Positions 1 to 12,960 of a DNA stretch of 64,000 bases are shown here, in pieces (the stretch's first letter is position 1; each line of letters opens with the position of its first letter). Position numbers and translations under genes: made by a program. Source of the stretch: Macrostomum lignano (Eukaryota); contig NIVC01000861.1 in the NCBI GenBank assembly GCA_002269645.1, positions 248,001 through 312,000 of the forward strand, in the 5' to 3' direction. Under the pieces are notes generated by a model. It saw only the letters and a program-made list of their open reading frames with translations. It made no database searches and was not told the DNA's origin.

Positions 1-276
1 AAAGTCCTTCGGACAAGTTTCTCTGTATTGCCAGATTCTGTTGGCGATTTGGAGACCAGAATCTGAAAATTGTCTGGCAAAGAAACGGTGTTTCTTCGAT
101 TTGTCAGTCAACTGTCAAAACAGACCTCTTCCCAGACAAGCAACCTTGTCGAATGCCAAGAGCAAAATAAATTAAATGTGTGTAAAACAGAATAAGTTCA
201 TGTGTTACAGTTATTCCTAACTTCCATCATCTCCTAAGAGCAGCTGTCGCCCCAATATATAAACTCTGCTTCTAGA

Positions 277-1099
<823 letters not shown>

Positions 1100-1107
1100 G
1101 TAGGTAG

Positions 1108-1743
1108 GTGTCACTTTACCCATCTGTCACTCATCGCTCTGTTTTAATTAACTTTTGCTCCAACCGCCTCAGCAAGTATTTTGTCAGTCAGCTCCATGAA
1201 TTTAAAAAGGGATTCATTGCTGGCGTACCGTCCATTGCCCGGGACAATGAATTGGGTGAGTGAGTCATAGCCTAAAAATAGCTTTGGCCAATAAAATGGG
1301 GGGCGCATTGCGGTTATAGCGAAATTGATTCCAAACTCCGGTTTGCCTAGAAATTCTCTTCTCTCCTTTCCAAACAAAAAAACACTTTTTTCTCTTTCTC
1401 TAGTCAGCAGGTGACTGAGCGTCCTGAGTCATGGAGTCCTGGCCGGACCCAGGGACTGGATTGGAAACTTTTGGATCAAAATATAGACAGAAAATCTTCA
1501 CATCTTCACATACAAATAACAGAATCTTCCCAATCCGCAAAATCTTCACAAGTCCCCAAATCCTCACAAAATCCTCACAAATCCCCAGATCCTCACAAAT
1601 CCATAAATTCTCACAAAATCCCTAAATCTTCACAAATCCCTAAATCCTCACAAAATCCTCACAAATCCCCAAATCCTCACAAATCCCCAAATCCTCACAA
1701 ATCCCTAAATCCTCACAAATCCCCAACCCTCACAAATCCCTAA
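1108..1743 (+). CDS. Possible two-exon coding fragment of unknown gene (1108-1259; 1404-1743)
   Basis: Open frame VSLYP...KYFVSQLHEFKKGFIAGVPSIARDNELG, donor GA|GTGAGT at 1260, strong polypyrimidine acceptor TTTCTCTAG at 1403; phase 2 joins in frame to QQVTERPESW. The frame then runs into a low-complexity repeat; no homology recognised. Confidence 0.3.
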
Positions 1744-1790
1744 CCCTCACAAATCCCCAAATCCTCACAAATCCCCGAATCCTCACGAAG
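1540..1790. repeat. Degenerate ~9/18-bp tandem repeat (AAATCCTCAC/AAATCCCC)
   Basis: Visible periodic AAATCCTCACAAATCCCC units. Confidence 0.9.
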
Positions 1791-2620
1791 TAAAATAGCA
1801 GTTAAAAATGCAATTTACAAGCAAAATGCGCAGTTTAATGCGCAACTAAATGATTAATTTGCTGAGTCCCTATGGTATAAAGTAATTTCCAGATGCAAAG
1901 TTTAGTAGTCCACGCTTCTGCCCCGGGCCCTTGTCCCCTTTTTCGCCTCTTATTCATTCTTTATTCTTCCCCTGTTCCCAAATGAGTCTTTGTTGCACTA
2001 CCCAATTGTCTGTCACCCCACCCACTCACTCAGCCCAAACCCCCATTGCTCATAGTCACAGACCTGAGTGAGTAACCCCACTAACCCGTGTGTTCATGTT
2101 TGACAAGGACCTTGTCCTTAGCTTGCTCACACAGGGACCACTGCAGTCTCTTGGGACTCGCGCATAAGAGTGCAATCAGTGCATGCTTGCTTAGCGCCAG
2201 CTATTATCTTCACCCCCCTCCAAAAAACCGATAGGGTTGAGTTGAGATACACGAATTTTATTGGATTTTATAATCTTTAAAATATTATCAGTCTTCGTTA
2301 CAGTCTGACACCTTCACACAACTTCTCCCATGCATACTTGTCCCCTATAGTGATTTTATCAATGATTCTGTATCATTCTAAAGTTTGGAACAAAGACCAG
2401 TTCCTCTTGCTGCAATGAATATAGTCATGCATGACATTGCCATATCTAATCAATAAAAACGTAAAAACAGCTGATTAAGCAGGAGACTAGCATTGTACGC
2501 CGTTATTGTTATGCGCTGCATCTGCAGTTCTTCATTAATTTTGCACAGCCAGCTAAGTCATAAAACTGTTTTTTTATGATTTTCATAGCGTTACTGTGGA
2601 TTGATACGCTCGTAGCTGAA

Positions 2621-3180
<560 letters not shown>

Positions 3181-3580
3181 ATACTGTTTAGAATACAAAT
3201 TTCGCTGGAATATTTTGGGTGGAGTCATGTCAATCAGGACGGTGAGATTAAGAATTAGAAAAAGTTATGAACTCATGATCGCTTCTCAAATCCCTATATG
3301 GCATAGCGGTCCCAGGCAGTGATTGACTCCCAACTCAGGGCAGGCAGGTGTGTGCAAGCGGGAACAGTTCAGTCCATTCAAACTGACTGATGATGACAAT
3401 AGGGGATGCTGTGACATTCCCCGACCCTCACAGGTTTAAGCCTTCCCATTTTACTGTGTGTAAAAAATCTTCAATACATTGAGTTTTAGCCATGCTTCAT
3501 TCCTGACACAGGAAACTTGACAGACAGCCATAGACATTTAAATTATTACAAATGCATTGCATCTCAATTATTAGGTCAGC

Positions 3581-4333
3581 TGGAATCCTGACACAGCTAG
3601 ATGGTGGACTTCTAGTCCAATATAGACACTTGGACTGGAATCCTGACACAGCTAGATGGTGGACTTCTAGTCCAATATAGACACTTGGACTGGAATCCTG
3701 ACACAGCTAGATGGTGGACTTCTAGTCCAATATAGACACTTGGACTGGAATCCTGACACAGCTAGATGGTGGACTTCTAGTCCAATATAGACACTTGGAC
3801 TGGAATCCTGACACAGCTAGATGGTGGACTTCTAGTCCAATATAGACACTTGGACTGGAATCCTGACACAGCTAGATGGTGGACTTCTAGTCCAATATAG
3901 ACACTTGGACTGGAATCCTGACACAGCTAGATGGTGGACTTCTAGTCCAATATAAGCACTTGGACTGGAAACCTGGCACAGCTACATCGTGGACTTCTAG
4001 TCATATATAAACACTTGGACTGGAAACCTGACACAGCTACATCGTGGACTTCTAGTCATATATAAACACTTGGACTGGAAACCTGGCACAGCTACATCGT
4101 GGACTTCTAGTCATATATAGACACTTGGACTGGAAACCTGACACAGCTACATCGTGGATTTCTAGTCATATATAAACACTTGGACTGGAAACCTGGCACA
4201 GCTACATCGTGGACTTCTAGTCATATATAAACACTTGGACTGGAAACCTGGCACAGCTACATCGTGGACTTCTAGTCATATATAAACACTTGGACTGGAA
4301 ACCTGACACAGCTACATAGTGGAGTTCTAGTCC
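3581..4333. repeat. 55-bp minisatellite, ~13-14 copies, two sequence subtypes
   Basis: Unit GGAATCCTGACACAGCTAGATGGTGGACTTCTAGTCCAATATAGACACTTGGACT; right-hand copies switch to GGAAACCTG(G/A)CACAGCTACATCGTGG...TCATATATAAAC. Confidence 0.95.
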
Positions 4334-4934
4334 CTGAAACTGGATTAGAAATGCGAATAGATCAGAATCTGCGATGCCCTGACGTGCAAATCATATTCGT
4401 CAAAGAGTCATGGGCTCTCTATAAAAAATTGAACGCTAGATTGAAGGCTATTTCAGTCAGTGCATGCATCGCCAGCTCCATTCTTATTCTCTTGACCAAA
4501 GAGGATTCCAACAGGAAATGCATAGTTGCACTATACATGTTGGTAACTCTTTTAACACCGTAAACTACCTGCTTAAACTTGGTATTGTAGTGAGCTGTGA
4601 AGCGCTGCAATCTTGCATGGATATACACTACTGTGCTGCACAATAATCGTGTTCATGAGCGCCGCTAGGTCCAGCAGAAGTACTTTGTTGTGCTGTGCAG
4701 GCCGCGGGTGGTGTGCGGAATTGCGTGATCCATAGAATCAGTTTTTTTACGGTCAAAGCGTGTGCAGGCCGACCGTTTTAAGTGTGAAATAATACAGCTT
4801 TTTTAGGGGGGTTGGGCTGATTTCGAGTCAGCTTGTGCACGCAAAGTGAAGTCGTAAAGTTGTTGGAGAGCATTGTTGGTTTGCTCTGGATGCGTAATTC
4901 TGGGCATTGGAGTCAATAATTCTTTCTTATTTTC

Positions 4935-5345
4935 ACTCTGTCACTCCAATTGTCACTCAAATTGTCACTCCGATTGGCACTCCAATTGTAACTCAAATTG
5001 TCACTCCGATTGGCACTCCAATTGTAACTCAAATTGTCACTCCGATTGGCACTCCAATTGTAACTCAAATTGTGACTCCGATTGGCACTCCAATTGTAAC
5101 TCAAATTGTCACTCCGGTTGACATTCCAATTGTCACTCCAAATGTCACTCCAACTGTCACTCTAGTTTTCACTCCAACTGTCACTCCAACTGTCACTCAA
5201 ATTATTGCTCCGATCGGCACGCCAATTGTCACTCCAAATTTCACTCTAATTGTCACTCCATCACTCCAAATGTCACTCTAATTGTCACTCTAACTGTCAC
5301 TCCAATTGTCACTCCGATTGTCACTCAGTAACTATCACTTCAATC
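4935..5345. repeat. 12-bp-based tandem repeat (TTGTCACTCCAA), partly with 36-bp higher order
   Basis: Direct reading; explains ORFs 4873-5281. Confidence 0.9.
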
Positions 5346-5869
5346 GTAACCCAATAATTGTCAGCCTAAAAAACTATACTCTCACGCATTCTTCACAATC
5401 GTACTAAATTTAGTAGTTAATTAAACGCATGGAAGCTCAAGCTCACATGTAAATAATTTCTTTATTCGTAATCAGAAGAATCAATTACCAACTTGGCACC
5501 GGGCCACTTAGCACAGTCTTAACGTTAACTGCCGTTTAACTTTGCCGCGAATTCATAAATTTGCGCAAATTGCCGGAGAGCACTTGCTGAGTTGCGGTGC
5601 ACAAGTGGAAAACATTTCCAGACTTTTTTGTTAGCCTTTTCTTCCGTCCACCTACATGTACCACCTACCATTTGCGTGCAAAAATATAAACTTGGAAATT
5701 CCACATTTAATTGAATTTTGATTGCTAATTCTGCGGATTGCAACCGAATAAGTAAAGAAAATGTCTGCTACATGTATAATGTACAAGCATCATGTACATA
5801 AGCCACAGGCCCACCACTTGTGCTGGCTCACAAAATACGTCAGGCTCCATATTTTCACCCAATTGTCAC

Positions 5870-6806
5870 TCTCCTTATTGTCACTTATTTATTTCCACTC
5901 TATCAGTCTTACTATTGTCACTCTATCAGTCTTACTATTGTCACTCTATCAGTATTCCTATTGTCACTCTATCAGTATTCCTATTGTCACTCTATCAGTA
6001 TTCCTATTGTAACTCTATCAGTATTCATATTGTCACTCCATCAGTATTTATATTGTCACTATATCAGTATTCATATTGTCACTCTATCAGTATTCCTATT
6101 GTCACTCTATCAGTATTCCTATTGTCACTCTATCAGTATTCCTATTGTCACTCTATCAGTATTCCTATTGTCACTCCATCAGTATTTATATTGTCACTAT
6201 ATCAGTATTCATATTGTCACTCTATCAGTATTCCTATTGTCACTCTATCAGTATTCCTATTGTCACTCTATCAGTATTCCTATTGTCACTCTATCAGTAT
6301 TCCTATTGTCACTCTATCAGTATTCCTATTGTCACTCTATCAGTATTCCTATTGTCACTCTATCAGTATTCTTATTGTCACTCTATCAGTATTCCTATTG
6401 TCACTCTATCAGTATTCCTATTGTCACTCTATCAGTATTCCTATTGTCACTCTATCAGTATTCCTATTGTCACTCCATCAGTATTTATATTGTCACTATA
6501 TCAGTATTCATATTGTCACTCTATCAGTATTCCTATTGTCACTCTATCAGTATTCCTATTGTCACTCTATCAGTATTCCTATTGTCACTCTATCAGTATT
6601 CCTATTTTCACTCTATCAGTATTCCTATTTTCACTCTATCAGTATTCCTATTGTCACTCTATCAGTATTCTTATTGTCACTCTATCAGTATTCCTATTGT
6701 CACTCTATCAGTATTCCTATTGTCACTCTATCAGTATTCCTATTGTCACTCTATCAGTATTCCTATTGTCACTCTATCAGTATTCCTATTGTCACACTAT
6801 CAGTAT
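5870..6806. repeat. 23-bp minisatellite (TATTGTCACTCTATCAGTATTCC), ~40 copies
   Basis: Direct reading; shares core ATTGTCACTC with the 12-bp array at 4935. Confidence 0.95.
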
Positions 6807-7289
6807 TCCTCGGCAACGAGTCCCAGTCCCCGTCGATCTGATCAACACCCGCGGCAAGCGCTGGGCAAGACACTCGTAATTGCAGGTGATCCCGTGCTGC
6901 CGTCACTTCGAAAACAGGCCTTTATCTATACATACTACTTTAAAATAAACCTTTCAGTAGTATCATGAGCAAATGAAGCTTTGTTAAAACTTAAAATTCA
7001 AAAGAAATGATGATGATGATGACAAAAGTGTGGTAATGTATCTAAACTCTAATTTCAAGCCTGCAACAAAGACCTCAGTCCTGAGAGTAGGGTTTCGAAG
7101 CACTATTCAATTGTGCACTGTCGTATTATGGGGGTCGAAGTAAGACCAGACAGCATTGTGCGGTGATATGCGTGTTTGAAAATAATAATTTAGCAACCGT
7201 TGCAGCCGAAGAAATGCGTGTGTTTATAAAGTTGCTGCTCAGAAAGTTTCGTTGAGATTGCAACAGAAAGACCGCGGTGACCGTGGTAA

Positions 7290-7553
7290 TGATAGAGAAG
7301 GGGAGACAGGAGGAAGATGAGAGAGGGAGAGAGAGGAGTGGGAAAAAAGAGAAGAGAGAGAGGACAAGGGAGAGAGGGGAGTGAAGAGAGAAAAGAAAGA
7401 CGGGGAGAGAAAAAAGAGAGTGAAAAGAGAGGAGAAAGGAGAAAAGAGAGAGAGGAGAGGAGAGAGAGAGAAGAAAAAGAAGAGGGAGGGGTGAGAGGAG
7501 AGAGAGGAGAGAGAAGAGAGAAGAGAGAGAAGAAAAGAAAGAGAAAAGAGAAG

Positions 7554-7651
<98 letters not shown>

Positions 7652-7708
7652 GAGAGAGAGTGAGAGAGAGAGAGAGAGTGAGTGAGAGAGAGAGAGAGTG
7701 AGAGAGAG

Positions 7709-7755
<47 letters not shown>

Positions 7756-7978
7756 GAGAGAAAGAGAGAGTGAGTGAGAGAGAGAGAGAGTGAGAGAGAG
7801 ATTGAGAGAGAGACAGAGAGTGAGAGAGAGAGAGAGAGTGAGAGAGAGAGTGAGAGAGTGAGAGAGAGAGAGAGAGAGAGAGTGTGTGTGTGTGTGTGTG
7901 AGTGTGTGTGTGTGAGAGAGTGTGTGTGTGAGAGAGAGAGATAGAGAGATAGAGAGATAGAGAGAGTGAGAGAGAGAG

Positions 7979-8016
<38 letters not shown>

Positions 8017-8117
8017 TGTGTGTGAGAGAGAGAAATAGAGAGAGAGAGAGAGATAGAGAGAGAAAGAGAGAGAGAGAGTGAGTGAGAGAGAGAGAGAGAA
8101 AGAGAGAGAGAGTGAGT

Positions 8118-8154
<37 letters not shown>

Positions 8155-8155
8155 G
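7290..8155. repeat. Purine-rich low complexity, (AG)n and (TG)n compound microsatellite
   Basis: Direct reading. Confidence 0.97.
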
Positions 8156-8823
8156 AACTAAAAAGCATTGTCGCAAAAACTGTACACTACAAACAACGAT
8201 AAAAAATAGGCACTTTAATGTCTAAAATACAATCGCAAAATAAAATTAAAAAATTCATGCAGATACAGTACATGTCAAAAAATAAGATATATATTGAAAG
8301 CAAATTGCATCAACGCGACTGTTTAGGAATATTCAAATTAACGAACGATCTTAAAAAAATGAATGAATTTATTCCCACCGGAATGGGAATCCGTTCCAAA
8401 TTCCAGGGATTCCGTGGATGGAACAATAAAAAGTACCTCGTTAATCCCTCGCCGTTATAGTTTTTACAGCAATAATTGTCTCCGTCAGGGTCACCGTAAA
8501 ATGCCTATGACATACCATGCAGTTTCACGAATAATATATAGTAATGATACAATTATTTTAGAAACAAATAGTATGCTGTTATAGGCACTGAAATGAAAGT
8601 AGTTTAGGACACGCTTTTCATCCGACGGCAATGTTATCAACTCCCGGTAAATCATCCACTTATCGATTTTTAAATCAAATTCAAATTCGCGCCAAAGATC
8701 GTGTTTAACGCCGTGTGTCTCACTTTTTGGCGCGCATTTGAATATTCGATTTAATTTGCTGAACTCGATGTTTAACGATCGTTCAATTCAATTCTTTTAT
8801 TTTAATATTCAGCAAAGGATGCT

Positions 8824-10730
8824 TCAACGAGATCCTCCCATGAGATGTTCCACATCCTGCCTCAGGTCGTGGTGACCTCCTCCGGTCCCAACGACTCCGC
8901 AAGGTCCGCAGCAGCAGCAGCAGCGGCGGCACCGGCAGCAGCATCTGGTCGGGCCATCACAGCAGCCGTTCCTGACGACGCACGAAGATGATGACGTCAT
9001 CGCCATCGGTGCCGGCAAAGCGACGGTGGCTGATTGCGAAACTGCCTGCGTCGTATTATTATTGGCATAATAATTGCTGGCTGCCTGCGGCTGGGCGCAG
9101 CGGTAGCGTCGGAATCCGCGGTGCGGGCGGCCGCGCCGATGGTGCGAACTCGATGAGGGGCCTGTGCCAGAAAAAAAACGAATAGCAGTGGTGCTTTGGC
9201 GTGGAGTTAATAAATTCTTTAGCTGCCTGTGGTCCTCTGGTATTCAGGCTACCTAATTGGTACTCAGATATTTAGACTACCTAATTGGTCCTCTGATATT
9301 AAGGCTACCTAATTGGTCCTCTGATATTCAGGCTACCTAATTGGTCCTCTGGTATTCAGGCTACCTAATTGGTCCTCTGATATTTAGGCTACCTAATGGG
9401 TCTTCTGATATTTAGACTACCTAATTGGTCCTCTGATATTTAGGCTACCTAATTGGTCCTCTGATATTCAGGCTACCTAATTGGTCCTCTGGTATTCAGG
9501 CTACCTAATTGGTCCTCTGGTATTTAGGCTACCTAATTGGTCCTCTGGTATTCAGGCTACCTAATTGGTCCTCTGATATTTAGGCTACCTAATGGGTCTT
9601 CTGATATTTAGACTACCTAATTGGTCCTCCAGTAACAAAAAGCCCTGCGCGCACTAACCCAATTCCGTTTTGTTTTTATCAACTTCTCGACGCGTCTTGG
9701 TCGATCCTTGGACGGCTCGATTTGAGTTCTGCATCTTCGTACTGGTAGCATTAGTATCATTAGTAGTACAAATATTATTAGTAGTCTCAGTCCCCTGCTT
9801 GAGTATCAAGTCTTTAGCTGTCCTATTATTACCAATAGACACCTGCTGGACCGTAGTCACGGGAACAATTGGCCTAGCAACTACTGTTGCCGAGCATTGC
9901 GGATCTTCATCAACAACGTCAGCTGACCAGGAGCAGCAGGTCTGCTGCTGGAAATCGCTTTGCTTAATAATCCGGTTGTTGGTTGGTGCGACAGCGTTTA
10001 AGTCCGTGCATTCGTAGACGGCATTACGAGGCAGCGATGATGGCGGCAGATCGATCTGCAGTCGCCTTGGAGGCGGCAGCGGCGGTGGCCTTTCGTCGAT
10101 GCCAAACTGTGATTCGTGTGGTAAAGAGCTCTGCGGCAATTCGCAGCATCCACCGTCGCCTCCGCTGGCGCAGCAGCCGCTACAGTCCCTGCTGCTGCTA
10201 CTGGTGTTGTTGCTACCAACTCCGCTGCTCGATGATCCGCTGTAATCGTCTATGACGTCATTAAGTTGGCGGAGCAGCTTCCTGATGTCTGCAGCCGCCT
10301 CGGCTGTCCGACGGCTGCCTCTGTTGATTCTTCCCGAGGCTGGCGACAACTGTCCGGAGTCTTCCAGCAGTGCCACGATCAGACGTTTGCGCAGATTTCG
10401 ACTGACAGACCGACCGGCTGCGGCTGGCGGGCCAGTTGTAGCTTCCGCAGGTGCATCGGCCAGTCTCCTACCAGTCCTAGTCGAGCTGACAATCTTTAAG
10501 TTTTCGCTGCCTTTATCGTTTAGCAAACTGTTGAGCGCTTTTCGTAAGAAACCGTCTTTAGTTCGCGATCGGTCCCCGTCAATTATTGGCCCGTCGTCGT
10601 GGGTTCTGTTGTTGCGCAAGAAGCATCCTTCCTCATTAAACTGAGTCAAGTCTTCGTCGTCCATGGAGAGGGTCTCGGTGCATGCCAACAATTTCAACAT
10701 GCCGCCGCTTTTTCGCCTATGCTTGGGCAT
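8824..10730 (-). CDS. Two-exon gene (10730-9659; 9161-8824), ~469-aa low-complexity protein with Cys-rich C-terminus, unknown family
   Basis: 1.2-kb GC-rich ORF; donor G|GTTAGT at 9658 and acceptor TTTTTTTCTGGCACAG at 9162 are phase-compatible (phase 1); exon 2 stays open to TGA at 8824. Start taken as first ATG (MPKHRRKSGG); an upstream exon is not excluded. Confidence 0.75.
9228..9630. repeat. 28-bp intronic minisatellite (GGCTACCTAATTGGTCCTCTGATATTCA)
   Basis: Period 28 (9303, 9331, 9359...); fills the intron of the 8824-10730 gene. Confidence 0.95.
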
Positions 10731-11182
10731 AACTGCTGCAAGCTGTGCAGTGTCCTGCTGGTAGCTAATTTTTGTCCGAGCTACTACGATAGATTGTGCA
10801 GTTTTTAGATTGCTGCAGCTAAATCTTGCATATGAAATAGATGTAGAATATAATATCAACTGCTAGATTAACATGCGAATAATTTGTAAAGCTTTCAACT
10901 TTTACACTTACATGTAATTTTGTATATCTATGGCATCATTTCCAGCTCTCACAAGTAATGTACTCGTATATATATATATGTTTGTTGCAGAAATTAGCCC
11001 ATGCATGCGCCTACACATGTAGCTATTTTTGTGCGTATTACATGTATCAGGCAAAAGCAATTTTTTTATAATTTTATAACCATGCACTTTTAAATGCATC
11101 TCTGTTTTTTATTGCAATATTTTCATAAAATTTGCCAACCCAGATTTTTTACATTTGAATTCGTCGGGAAGGAGAGACTCCT

Positions 11183-12086
11183 TATCTTGTCTTGTCTTGT
11201 CTTGTCTTGTCTTGTCTTGTCTTGTCTTGTCTTGTCTTGTCTTGTCTTGTCTTGTCTTGTCTTGTCTTGTCTTGTCTTGTCTAGTCTAGTCTTGTCTTGT
11301 CTTGTCTTGTCTTGTCTTGTCTTGTCTTATCTTGTCTTGTCTTGTCTTGTCTAGTCTTGTCTTGTCTTGTCTTGTCTTGTCTAATTGTCTTGTCCTGTCT
11401 TATCTTATATTGTCTTGTCTTGTCTTGTCTTGTCTTGTCTTGTCTAGTCTAGTCTTATCTTGTCTTGTCTTGTCTTGTCTTGTCTTGTCTTGTCTTGTCT
11501 TGTCTTGTCTTGTCTTGTCTTGTCTAGTCTTGTCTTGTCTTGTCTTGTCTTGTCTTGTCTTGTCTTGTCTTGTCTTGTCTAGTCTTGTCTTGTCTTGTCC
11601 TGTCTTATCTTATCTTGTCTTGTCTTGTCTTGTCTTGTCTTGTCTTGTCTAGTCTAGTCTTATCTTGTCTTGTCTTGTCTTGTCTAGTCTAGTCTTATCT
11701 TGTCTTGTCTTGTCTTGTCTTGTCTTGTCTTGTCTTGTCTTGTCTTGTCTTGTCTTGTCTTGTCTTGTCTAGTCTTGTCTTGTCTTGTCTTGTCTTGTCT
11801 TGTCTTGTCTTGTCTTGTCTTGTCTAGTCTTGTCTTGTCTTGTCCTGTCTTATCTTATCTTGTCTTGTCTTGTCTTGTCTTGTCTTGTCTTGTCTAGTCT
11901 AGTCTTATCTTGTCTTGTCTTGTCTTGTCTAGTCTTGTCTTGTCTTGTCTTGTCTTGTCTTGTCTTGTCTTGTCTTGTCTTGTCTAGTCTTGTCTTGTCT
12001 TGTCTTGTCTTGTCTTGTCTTGTCTTGTCTTGTCTAGTCTTGTCTTGTCTTGTCTAGTCTTGTCTTGTCTTGTCTTGTCTTGTCTT
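11183..12086. repeat. (TCTTG)n pentanucleotide satellite
   Basis: Direct reading; explains the LVLSC ORFs. Confidence 0.98.
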
Positions 12087-12089
12087 TAA

Positions 12090-12960
12090 TTTATCGCCAA
12101 CGTTACGGCTTGGACAGGCCAGTCGCGTTCGTCTTGATCCCGTCACGTTCGTTCGTTCCCGCTTGGTTGGCAATGCTTTCTTCTGCACTCCTTAAGTTGC
12201 TCTTTGGCGTGTTTGCGTCCCGCATGTCATCTCTGCTTCTGTAATTGTAATCAAGTCTTCCATGGCGCTCCAGTTTACATTTTCTGTTCCTATCTTTTTC
12301 TTGTCTTCTTCTGTTTGAGTCCTGAAACTCTTTTTGATTTATTGGGTCGCGAAGGCGTTCCCATGCGATTTTTTGTTTTTTTTCCTTAGGTATCGCCCTG
12401 TGGCGCTCACAGAAATGTCAAAACTTTCGGTAGGTGGTCGGATAGGTTTTGTATGCTAATTTTGCTGACGATCTTGTGCCTGCACTGTGGTCTTTCTTCG
12501 TTATGACGGAGCCGTCGATCTCATGCCACTTCTTTGTCGCTGGGTTTTTCCAAGTTCCGGGCTTTTTTGCCGATAGATGGAACTTATCCATACCAGGCCA
12601 TTGCTTTCGAGCCATAGTAGAAGTCCCTCCCCATGCTGGTTCGTTCTTGTTGCTGTTGTGCCGTTCGTTTGTCGCGGGAGATTCTCATGAGCTCGTGGCT
12701 CAATGCTCGCATGTGCAAACTTAACCATTTCTCCAAACCGTCCAGCTCCGATGTTCGCTCTTTGGGCATTCCAAGTTTGCCCGAGGAGCTTGTCACTTAG
12801 GCCAAGTCCCAAGGCCTCCCCCCGATTCTCTCTTTGTCGGCTGTTGTACCCGTCCGCTTGGCACCGCGTGGAGGTGGAGAATCTTCGACAGGCAATTGGA
12901 GAGACTCCAGGCCGATTGGAGGCGCTATATCGTCAGGGGCACCAAACATGGTTTTGGTTA
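12090..12960 (-). mobile_element. Degenerate non-LTR retrotransposon (RTE/CR1-like) AP-endonuclease fragment
   Basis: Frameshifted pieces TRTNQHGEGLLLWLESNGLVWISS / KKPGTWKNPATKKWHEIDGSVI / QNLSDHLP / KIAWERLRDP match the order of APE motifs (N..GE.LL, TW.HP...WH.ID, SDH) of LINE endonucleases. Confidence 0.75.

Noticed and set aside
1144-1377. Minus-strand 77-aa ORF (GKPEFGINFAITAMRPPFYWPKL...)
   Set aside because: Its putative acceptor is purine-rich; the plus strand has a GTGAGT donor and a strong polypyrimidine acceptor, so the antisense reading is less likely. Not fully excluded.
3190-3435. Exon-like plus-strand segments with GTGAGA donor and CATAG acceptor
   Set aside because: All joined frames stop quickly and no homology was recognised.
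4419-4643. 74-aa minus ORF, and similar isolated ORFs at 5525-5743 and 35387-35632
   Set aside because: No consistent splice partners or motifs; may be decayed transposon or gene fragments but cannot be supported.
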